33,474 nucleotides of DNA from an uncultured Candidatus Saccharibacteria bacterium (lineage in GTDB: Bacteria > Patescibacteriota > Minisyncoccia > Phycocordibacterales > UBA918): positions 1 to 33,474 of the forward strand of contig CAYRER010000009.1 in assembly GCA_964423385.1 (NCBI GenBank). The letters run 5' to 3'. Positions 16,248 to 23,159 of this stretch are shown piece by piece. The notes under the pieces are model-generated. The model saw nothing but the letters and a program-made list of their open reading frames with translations. It was not told the origin of the DNA and made no database searches. The number at the start of each line of letters is the position of its first letter. The first letter of the stretch is position 1. A program made the translations under genes and the position numbers.

Positions 16248-17291
16248 ATGAGCATCTCCGGGAACAAGCTTATCGAGTACACCTACTTCTTCGTGATTCT
16301 CATCGTGTCGGGTTACCTCGTGTGGAAGCTTATGGCGCCGGTTCTTTCAGCGCTCGCGCTCGCGGCCATCATCGTCACTATCTGCTACCCGATGTACGAA
16401 CGCATTCTCGCACGGGTGCCCCGAGAGAACAGGACGCTCGCATCCATCATCTCGCTCCTCATCGTCGTCCTCATCGTCGTCATTCCGATGATCTTTCTCT
16501 CCTCGCTCATTCTCAAGGAAGCGCTCTCCATCTACAACCTCGTGAGCGGCACCTCTCCCTCCGCGCTCATCGAGCCGGTGACGCGCGCGGAGGAAATGGT
16601 GCGGATGCTCATCCCGACCTTCTCCATCGACATGGTCGGCATCGTCCAGCAGACGGCGCAGTTCTTCGTTGACCACATTGTGTCAATATTCGCCGGCACC
16701 GCATCGACCATCTTCCTCTTTTTCATCACCCTCATCGCCATCTACTACTTCTTCAAGGACGGCCGCTACTTCACGAAGTACCTCATCTCGCTCTCGCCCT
16801 TGGGCGACGCACACGACGCGCTCATCCTCGAGCGGCTTGCAAAGGCGGTTCGTGCGGTTGCGCTCGGCACGGTCACCGTCGCACTCATCCAGGGCATCCT
16901 TACCGCCGTCGGCCTCACACTCTTCGGGTTTGACCGGGCGATTCTCTGGGGATGTGTTGCCGCGCTCGGCGCCCTCGTTCCCGGCGTCGGCACCGCCATC
17001 GTCTTCATACCCGCAGTTGCGTACCTCGGCGTCACCGGCGCGTACGTGAGTGCGCTCCTCCTCGCGCTCTGGGGAGTGCTCGCGGTCGGGTTTATCGACA
17101 ATCTCATAGGGCCCTACCTCATGGGGAAGGGAAACAACATGCACCCGATGGTCATCCTCCTCTCGGTCCTCGGCGGCATTGCGCTCATGGGTCCTGTCGG
17201 TTTCATTCTCGGCCCCGTCATTATGAGTCTCTTCATCGTCCTCCTCGAGCTCTACAGTACGCGCATCCTTGAGAAGAAGGGGCTTTCGTAA
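16248..17291 (+). CDS. AI-2E family transporter (PerM/YhhT-like, UPF0118)
   Basis: Polytopic membrane protein with a layout and length typical of this family (YYFFKDGRYF..., ALGALVPGVGTAIVFIPAVAYL, DNLIGPYLMGKGNNMHPMVILLSVLGG). I prefer ATG 16248 over the ORF-track start 16224, which lies inside the terminator T-tract. Confidence 0.85.
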   Translation: MSISGNKLIEYTYFFVILIVSGYLVWKLMAPVLSALALAAIIVTICYPMYERILARVPRENRTLASIISLLIVVLIVVIPMIFLSSLILKEALSIYNLVSGTSPSALIEPVTRAEEMVRMLIPTFSIDMVGIVQQTAQFFVDHIVSIFAGTASTIFLFFITLIAIYYFFKDGRYFTKYLISLSPLGDAHDALILERLAKAVRAVALGTVTVALIQGILTAVGLTLFGFDRAILWGCVAALGALVPGVGTAIVFIPAVAYLGVTGAYVSALLLALWGVLAVGFIDNLIGPYLMGKGNNMHPMVILLSVLGGIALMGPVGFILGPVIMSLFIVLLELYSTRILEKKGLS

Positions 17292-17303
17292 TACCATCCG
17301 TCC

Positions 17304-18371
17304 ATGAGACCGATTCTCGGAGGGGCCGCTGTGCTCCTCCTCATTTTCGCCATAGTGCTCGCGTTTCCCGGCTCCGTGAGTGCTCCGCCCGGCGCTCCTC
17401 AGGTTGCCGCAGTGTCTTCCGTGCCTCCGCCCGCCGAGTCTGCCTCGCTCTTTCTCGTCGGTGACATCATGCTCGGACGTGCCGTCGAGGGGCTCATGGA
17501 CGAGCACGGTGCCGGATACCCGTTTGAGAAGGTGGAGCAGTTCATTGCCGCACCCGATCTCGCCGTCGGAAACTTTGAGGGCGTTGTTTCCCGGGAGCAC
17601 GTCCGCGCGCCATCGATGACCTTCCAGTTCTCAATAAAGAACGAGTACCTCACTGAACTCCGCGACGTCGGATTCGATGTTCTCTCCCTCGCGAACAACC
17701 ACAGTCTCGATTATGGAGAGGAGGCGCTCGGGTACACGAAGGAGCTCTGCGCCGCGCTTGCGCTCTCGTGCGGCGGATTTCCCGACCGAGTTGGCGATGA
17801 TTCGCTCATTGTCCGGAACGTGCGTGGCCACACAGTCGCATTCGTTCTCCTCTCGACAGTCTGGGGCGATATTGACGAGGAGGCGCTTGCCGAACTCCTC
17901 GCCCGGGCGGTGGCAGAGAGCGATTTTCTCATCGCGTATGTCCACTGGGGAGAGGAATACGCCCTCACGCACGGAAAAAGACAGGAGGCGCTCGCACACG
18001 CGCTCATCGAGGGAGGCGTAGACGCGGTCATCGGGCACCACCCGCACGTCATAGAGGATGTCGAGCTCTACCGTGGGAAGCCGATTTTCTACTCGCTCGG
18101 CAATTTCATCTTCGACCAGTACTTCAGCGCGGATGTCATGGAGGGGCTCGGCATCGGTGTGCTCCTCACCGACGATACGGTCCGATACCGGCTCATTCCA
18201 TTTGTGAGCGACGGTGCGCCGAGTCAGCCGCGGACGGCACTCACGAGCGAGGCGGAACGTCTCTTTGCACGGATACTCTCCGGCATTGCGGATGCTCCCG
18301 GGGTTGATGCCAAGGACGGGCTCATTATTCTTCCGCGGGAAGCGTCAAGGTTGCACATTCCCGCAATGTAG
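17304..18371 (+). CDS. capA: CapA/PGA_cap family metallophosphoesterase-like protein
   Basis: 355-aa ORF. The N-terminal anchor is followed by family motifs LFLVGDIMLGR, GNFEGVVS, LSLANNHSLDYGEEAL, YVHWGEEY, IGHHPHV and YSLGNFIFDQ. No capB/capC-like genes are seen in the window. Confidence 0.85.
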   Translation: MRPILGGAAVLLLIFAIVLAFPGSVSAPPGAPQVAAVSSVPPPAESASLFLVGDIMLGRAVEGLMDEHGAGYPFEKVEQFIAAPDLAVGNFEGVVSREHVRAPSMTFQFSIKNEYLTELRDVGFDVLSLANNHSLDYGEEALGYTKELCAALALSCGGFPDRVGDDSLIVRNVRGHTVAFVLLSTVWGDIDEEALAELLARAVAESDFLIAYVHWGEEYALTHGKRQEALAHALIEGGVDAVIGHHPHVIEDVELYRGKPIFYSLGNFIFDQYFSADVMEGLGIGVLLTDDTVRYRLIPFVSDGAPSQPRTALTSEAERLFARILSGIADAPGVDAKDGLIILPREASRLHIPAM

Positions 18372-18399
18372 CTATGATAGACCGGTAACTACACACATA

Positions 18400-18933
18400 A
18401 TGAATCCACTCAACAGAGTTGAAGCAGTCGGCATTTTCCTCTCAATCGCGGTTATGGCGATTGCGCTCTCAGTCATCCGTTTCAAGACTGACATTCTCGC
18501 CGAGAATTCAGCGGTCGTCGGTGAGGTACAGAGTGCGGTCGTCGCGGTCGGACAGGATGAGGAGGCCCTCCGGGGCGCTCTCGAGGACGCATCCGACCCG
18601 TCGGGAGAGATTGTACGCCTCGTCATCGACGATGTCCGCATCGGCGGGGGGAGGGAGGCGGCACGGGGTGATACGCTCACCGTTCACTATGTCGGCACGA
18701 TGCCGGACGGCGTGAAGTTTGACAGCTCGTACGACCGCGGAGAACCGTTCACGTTTACCGTCGGCGAAGGCCGGGTCATCGAGGGGTGGGAGAAGGGGCT
18801 CATCGGCATGCGGGAGGGAGGCAGCCGCGTTCTTGTCGTGCCGCCCGCGATGGCGTACGGCAACCGTCAGGTCGGCCTCATTGCACCAAACTCGACGCTC
18901 GTCTTCGCCGTCGAGCTCCTTAAGGTTGAGTAG
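18400..18933 (+). CDS. Membrane-anchored FKBP-type peptidyl-prolyl cis-trans isomerase
   Basis: ATG 18400 follows the capA stop; the ORF-track start 18214 overlaps capA. TM is VGIFLSIAVMAIALSVI. The FKBP core reads GDTLTVHYVGTMPDGVKFDSSYDRGEPFTFTVGEGRVIEGWEKGLIGMREGGSRVLVVPPAMAYG. TATGAT at 18373..18378 is a possible -10. Confidence 0.9.
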   Translation: MNPLNRVEAVGIFLSIAVMAIALSVIRFKTDILAENSAVVGEVQSAVVAVGQDEEALRGALEDASDPSGEIVRLVIDDVRIGGGREAARGDTLTVHYVGTMPDGVKFDSSYDRGEPFTFTVGEGRVIEGWEKGLIGMREGGSRVLVVPPAMAYGNRQVGLIAPNSTLVFAVELLKVE

Positions 18934-18939
18934 CGTACG

Positions 18940-20133
18940 GTGAACCCGATTTCTTTTGAGATAGTGAAGCGGAAGTCCGGAACACTCGCGCGCGCGGGTG
19001 TTCTTCGTACGCCCCACGGCGACATCGAGACGCCGGCCTTCGTCGTCGTCGGCACAAAGGGGACGGTGAAGTCGCTTTCTGCGGAAGATCTTGATCGATA
19101 TGTCGGAAACGAGGTGACACTCGCGAACACGTACCACCTCTTCCTCCAGCCGGGAGAGGTGCTCATTGAAGAAGCGGGCGGCATCAACGCCTTCTCTGGA
19201 TGGAAGACGCCGACCATCACCGACTCGGGCGGATTCCAGATATTCTCGCTCGGTGCCGCGTTCGGGAAGGGCGTCACCAAATTTGCAAAAAACGAGGTAC
19301 CGGAAGACGTTCCGGCAGGCCTCCACGTGTACGTGAAAGAGATTGCGGAAAAGCACGGGAAGCTCTGCGTCATCGACGAGGAGGGGGTGACGTTCACCTC
19401 GCACCTCGACGGTTCAATGCACCGCTTCACCGCCGAGCGTTCGATTGAGATTCAGCACAGAATAGGCGCCGACATCATCATTGCGTTCGACGAGTGCACG
19501 TCGCCGTCTGCCGACTATGCGTACCAGCGGGAGGCGATGGAACGTACCCACCGCTGGGCGAAGCGCTCCATCCTCGCCCACAAGCGAAACTACGACGCGC
19601 TGAAGAAGCAGGGCATCTTCGGCGTCGTGCAGGGCGGACGGCACCTCGACCTCCGGAAGGAGAGTGCTGGAGCTCTGAGTGCAATGGATTTTGACGGCTT
19701 CGGCATCGGCGGTTCGTTCTCGAAGGAGGATCTCGGTGAATCGCTCACGGCGGTCAATGAAACGCTTCCGGAAGATAAGCCACGCCACCTTCTCGGCATC
19801 GGCGAGCCGGAGGATATTCGCGCGGGTGTTCTCGCCGGATGCGATCTTTTCGACTGCGTCCAGCCGACCCGGCTCGCGCGCACCGGAACGATGTACGTGC
19901 ACACGGACGGAGGTCTCCGGAAAATCAACATTCAGAACACGGAGTACCAGAAAGACCTCGGCAAGCCGGACCCCGGGTGCGACTGTCACGTGTGTACGCA
20001 CTACACGCGCGCGTACCTCGCGCACCTCGTCCGCGCCAAGGAGATGCTCGCCGCGCACCTCCTCTCCATCCACAACCTCTACACCATCGTCAATTTCACG
20101 AAACAGCTTCGCGAAGAAATTCTCAACTCCTAG
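18940..20133 (+). CDS. tgt: Queuine tRNA-ribosyltransferase
   Basis: 397-aa ORF with a GTG start, 6 nt after the FKBP stop. Motifs: ARAGVLRTPHGDIETPAF, TDSGGFQIFSL, VQGG, FGIGG, and zinc site CDCHVCTHYTRAYLAHL. Confidence 0.95.
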   Translation: MNPISFEIVKRKSGTLARAGVLRTPHGDIETPAFVVVGTKGTVKSLSAEDLDRYVGNEVTLANTYHLFLQPGEVLIEEAGGINAFSGWKTPTITDSGGFQIFSLGAAFGKGVTKFAKNEVPEDVPAGLHVYVKEIAEKHGKLCVIDEEGVTFTSHLDGSMHRFTAERSIEIQHRIGADIIIAFDECTSPSADYAYQREAMERTHRWAKRSILAHKRNYDALKKQGIFGVVQGGRHLDLRKESAGALSAMDFDGFGIGGSFSKEDLGESLTAVNETLPEDKPRHLLGIGEPEDIRAGVLAGCDLFDCVQPTRLARTGTMYVHTDGGLRKINIQNTEYQKDLGKPDPGCDCHVCTHYTRAYLAHLVRAKEMLAAHLLSIHNLYTIVNFTKQLREEILNS

Positions 20134-20156
20134 AATCGTATTGACCAAACCGAGGA

Positions 20157-20180
20157 ATATATACGATATATCGTACATAT
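20157..20180. promoter_or_regulatory. Operator-like inverted repeat 1 (14-bp perfect palindrome TACGATATATCGTA within a 24-bp near-palindrome)
   Basis: Core at 20162..20175. The arms extend to 20157..20180 with one mismatched pair. A TTGACC -35-like hexamer lies at 20141..20146. Confidence 0.6.
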
Positions 20181-20194
20181 TTTGTTACTCTTCG

Positions 20195-20220
20195 AATACA
20201 TACGATATATCGTATATATT
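20195..20220. promoter_or_regulatory. Operator-like inverted repeat 2 (same 14-bp palindrome)
   Basis: Core TACGATATATCGTA at 20201..20214, 39 bp centre-to-centre from copy 1. The arms extend to 20195..20220 with one mismatched pair. It overlaps a TATATT -10-like hexamer at 20215..20220. Confidence 0.6.
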
Positions 20221-20321
20221 GAGTGTGGGCAGTAGATTTGATGCGGGGCACACAGAGTCTGTACAAATGGGATTCCTCTTGTATAGTGATCCGACCTGAA
20301 CCTTCACACACGGAGGATGCA

Positions 20322-20990
20322 ATGCTCGAGAGAGTCATGCTCCTCGCTGAGGAGTACAGAATCAAGCAGGGCGAAGAAGCGCTGGGGAAGAAAAAGTTCC
20401 TCGACTTGGTCGCCCAGTTCTTTCCACGTTACAGCGACGAGTACAAACTCATTAAACAGGCGTTCGTGGAGACAGGAAAAACGCTTGAAGGCAGGTACCG
20501 TGAGGGCGAGAAGCCGGACGCGGCACTCAGTCATCCGACCGCAGTCGCGGTACTCCTCATGGTCTACCTTGGTGTCCGGGATTGGCGCTGGATTGTTGCG
20601 GCGCTTCTCCATGACAACATCGAAGACTATCGCCATGAGTGGTCGGTCGAACGTATCGCGCAGGACTACCACCCCGACATTGCCATTGATGTCTGGGTTG
20701 TCTCCAAGCCGCTCGTATCGGGTTTCGGTGGTAACAAGCAGCGTCGCGATGAGTTCTTCAGGCAACAGCTCGTCCGCGCCGACTGGAGCCAGAAGGTGCT
20801 GAAGCTTTGTGACCGGCTTCACAACCTCATCACCATCTGGGCAAAGGCGAGGAAGAAGCGCATTCAGAAGGTGGAGGAGACGCGGGTTTTCTACATCCCC
20901 TACCTCGCGCGCCCTCTCGGAGTGCTCGTCGAGGAGCTCGAGGAAGCATGTTCGGCCGCTCTCATCGAGTCCGATCACATGGAGGACTGA
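20322..20990 (+). CDS. HD-domain protein of the RelA/SpoT hydrolase type (small alarmone hydrolase-like)
   Basis: I chose ATG 20322, preceded by GGAGGA (20312..20317). The ORF-track GTG 20223 lies in the operator region. Motifs: HPTAVAVLLMVYLGVRDWRWIVAALLHDNIEDY and VLKLCDRLHNLITI. No synthetase domain is present. Confidence 0.8.
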   Translation: MLERVMLLAEEYRIKQGEEALGKKKFLDLVAQFFPRYSDEYKLIKQAFVETGKTLEGRYREGEKPDAALSHPTAVAVLLMVYLGVRDWRWIVAALLHDNIEDYRHEWSVERIAQDYHPDIAIDVWVVSKPLVSGFGGNKQRRDEFFRQQLVRADWSQKVLKLCDRLHNLITIWAKARKKRIQKVEETRVFYIPYLARPLGVLVEELEEACSAALIESDHMED

Positions 20991-21040
20991 CCGGTACGGT
21001 TTCCTGAAGCAGACTTCAGGAAACCGTACCGGCTTTTTTT
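20991..21040 (+). terminator. Rho-independent terminator
   Basis: Perfect 19-bp stem: CCGGTACGGTTTCCTGAAG (20991..21009) pairs with CTTCAGGAAACCGTACCGG (21014..21032). The loop is CAGA, followed by CTTTTTTT, which ends at 21040. Confidence 0.9.
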
Positions 21041-23101
21041 ATGCAGAATGTACGCTATACTCACCCTGTGAAATTCAAGCTCGCGACTGACAAAACACCC
21101 GCCGGAGACCAGCCGCGGGCGATAGAGGAGCTCGTAACGGGGCTCACATCGGGGATGACACATCAGACCCTCTTAGGCGTGACTGGCTCAGGGAAGACGT
21201 TTACGGTGGCGAACGTCATCGCGGAGGTGCAGAAACCGACCCTCGTCATCGCGCACAACAAGACCCTCGCCGCCCAGCTCGCCCAGGAGTACAAGGATTT
21301 CTTCCCGGAGAACGCCGTCCACTACTTCGTCTCGTACTACGACTACTACCAGCCCGAGGCATACCTCCCGACGTCCGACACGTACATCGAGAAGGAGGCG
21401 ATGATCAACGAGGAGATTGACCGTCTCCGTCACGCGTCGACGCAGGCCTTGCTCACCCGCCGCGACGTCATCATTGTCGCGTCGGTCTCCTGCATCTACG
21501 GCCTCGGCTCGCCGATCGAGTACGAGAAGGTCCACAAGAAGATTGAGCGCGGGTACGCGGTCTCCCGTGCCGAGCTCATGCGCCTCCTCGTCTCGATGCA
21601 GTTCGAGCGCACGAACGCCGACCTCACCCCGGGGCACTTCCGCGCGGTGGGGAACACGGTGGAAATCATGCCGACCAACGAGCGGGTCATCTACCGGCTC
21701 GGGTTTGACGGCGACGCGGTCTCCGGCATCACGAAGATAGACGCGGTGACGCGCGCCATCGTCGAGGAACCCGACGTGTTCTTCCTCTTTCCGGCGAAGC
21801 ACTTCGTGACGCCCGAGGCGGAGCGGCTCCGCGCGATGGAGGACATCAAGGCGGAGCTTAGTGCACAGCTCGTGAAATTCGAGAAGGAGGGGAAGCTCCT
21901 CGAAGCCCAGCGCCTCAAGCGCCGCACCGAGCACGACCTCGCGCTCATCAGGGAGGTCGGCTACTGTAACGGCATTGAGAATTACTCTCGGCATTTCGAC
22001 GGCCGCTCTCCGGGCGAGCCGCCGTACACGCTCCTCTCGTACTTCCCGCACCTCCCCGACGGCACACCGGACTTCCTCACGGTCATCGACGAGTCGCACG
22101 TCACCATCCCCCAGCTCGGCGGCATGTACGCAGGCGACCGGTCACGGAAGGAGACTCTGGTCGAACATGGATTCCGGCTCCCCTCGGCGGTCGACAACCG
22201 CCCGCTCAACTTCGATGAGTTTGAGGCGCGTGTCGGACAGCGCATCTACACGTCCGCGACGCCGGGGAGCTACGAGCTCGAACGCGGAGACGGGACAGAC
22301 GGGCAGGTGGTCGAGCAGATTATCCGGCCGACCGGTCTCGTTGACCCCATCATCGACCTTCGGAGGGTGACCGAGGCGGGAGAGTACCCGGGGCAGGTGA
22401 AGGACTTCATTGAGGAGGCAGTCCGCGTCATTCAGGGCGGCGGGCGTGTCCTCACAACGACGCTCACGAAGCAGATGGCGGAAGACCTCTCGACATTCCT
22501 CACCGAGCGCGGCGTGAACTCGAAATACCTCCATAGCGACGTGAAGACCATCGAGCGCATCGAGATTCTCTCCGACTTCAGACGCGGGGTGTTTGACTGC
22601 CTCGTCGGCGTGAACCTACTCCGCGAGGGTCTCGATCTCCCCGAGGTGGAGCTCGTCGCCATTCTCGACGCAGACAAGGAGGGGTTCCTCCGCTCGGAAA
22701 CGTCGCTCATTCAGACCATCGGCCGCGCGGCGCGCAACGTGAACGGCCGCGTACTCCTCTATGCCGACGAGATGACCGGGTCGCTCACGCGCGCCATGGG
22801 TGAGACGGCGCGTCGGCGTGAGCTCCAGCTCCGGTACAACGAGGAGCACGGCATCACGCCGACGACCATCAAGAAGGAAATCAAGGACATCACCGAGCAC
22901 CTGAAGTCAGAGCACGACAAGACCGTCTCGACGCTCCTCACCGTCGACCGCGAGCTCTACGAGAAGGACCCGAAGAAGCTCATCCGCGAGAAGCGCGAAC
23001 AGATGGAAGAAGCGGTGAAGGTGCTCGATTTTGAGACCGCCGCAATTCTCCGCGATGAAATCCGCGCACTTGAAGCACTGAAACCTGGGCGGAAACGTTG
23101 A
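21041..23101 (+). CDS. uvrB: Excinuclease ABC subunit B
   Basis: 686-aa ORF. Motifs: KFKLATDKTPAGDQPRAIEEL, Walker A GVTGSGKTF, DESH, helicase motifs, and a C-terminal UVR domain (LDFETAAILRDEIRAL). An in-frame GTG at 21068, preceded by TATACT (21056..21061), is a plausible true start. Confidence 0.95.
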   Translation: MQNVRYTHPVKFKLATDKTPAGDQPRAIEELVTGLTSGMTHQTLLGVTGSGKTFTVANVIAEVQKPTLVIAHNKTLAAQLAQEYKDFFPENAVHYFVSYYDYYQPEAYLPTSDTYIEKEAMINEEIDRLRHASTQALLTRRDVIIVASVSCIYGLGSPIEYEKVHKKIERGYAVSRAELMRLLVSMQFERTNADLTPGHFRAVGNTVEIMPTNERVIYRLGFDGDAVSGITKIDAVTRAIVEEPDVFFLFPAKHFVTPEAERLRAMEDIKAELSAQLVKFEKEGKLLEAQRLKRRTEHDLALIREVGYCNGIENYSRHFDGRSPGEPPYTLLSYFPHLPDGTPDFLTVIDESHVTIPQLGGMYAGDRSRKETLVEHGFRLPSAVDNRPLNFDEFEARVGQRIYTSATPGSYELERGDGTDGQVVEQIIRPTGLVDPIIDLRRVTEAGEYPGQVKDFIEEAVRVIQGGGRVLTTTLTKQMAEDLSTFLTERGVNSKYLHSDVKTIERIEILSDFRRGVFDCLVGVNLLREGLDLPEVELVAILDADKEGFLRSETSLIQTIGRAARNVNGRVLLYADEMTGSLTRAMGETARRRELQLRYNEEHGITPTTIKKEIKDITEHLKSEHDKTVSTLLTVDRELYEKDPKKLIREKREQMEEAVKVLDFETAAILRDEIRALEALKPGRKR

Positions 23102-23143
23102 GTTATCGACACGCGCAAAGCAGGTCGCCCATAGCGGCCGGTA

Positions 23144-23149
23144 TATAAT
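23144..23149 (+). promoter_or_regulatory. Consensus -10 hexamer TATAAT
   Basis: TATAAT at 23144..23149 (context cggTATATAAT), 10 nt upstream of ATG 23160, in the 58-nt gap after uvrB. Confidence 0.45.
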
Positions 23150-23159
23150 AGAAGTACAT

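Noticed and set aside
15848-16282. 144-aa and 112-aa minus-strand ORFs covering the gap between the redoxin-like and transporter genes.
   Set aside because: The translations are Arg/Pro/Ser-rich junk. They run through the + strand terminator hairpin and into both flanking genes. The + strand sORF plus terminator explains the region better.
17289-17294. TAATAC as a -10 box for capA, 9 nt upstream of ATG 17304.
   Set aside because: It lacks the conserved final T and overlaps the transporter's stop codon. capA is as easily explained by co-transcription with the upstream gene.
16683-17600. 305-aa minus-strand ORF.
   Set aside because: It is antisense to the transporter and CapA genes, and its translation is highly charged low complexity (E/D/R/G).
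20157-20220. Possible mini CRISPR array or MITE, because of the repeated palindromic sequence.
   Set aside because: There are only two copies of a 14-bp core, with a 25-nt spacer. No cas genes and no target-site duplications are present. The position between promoter-like hexamers fits an operator pair better.
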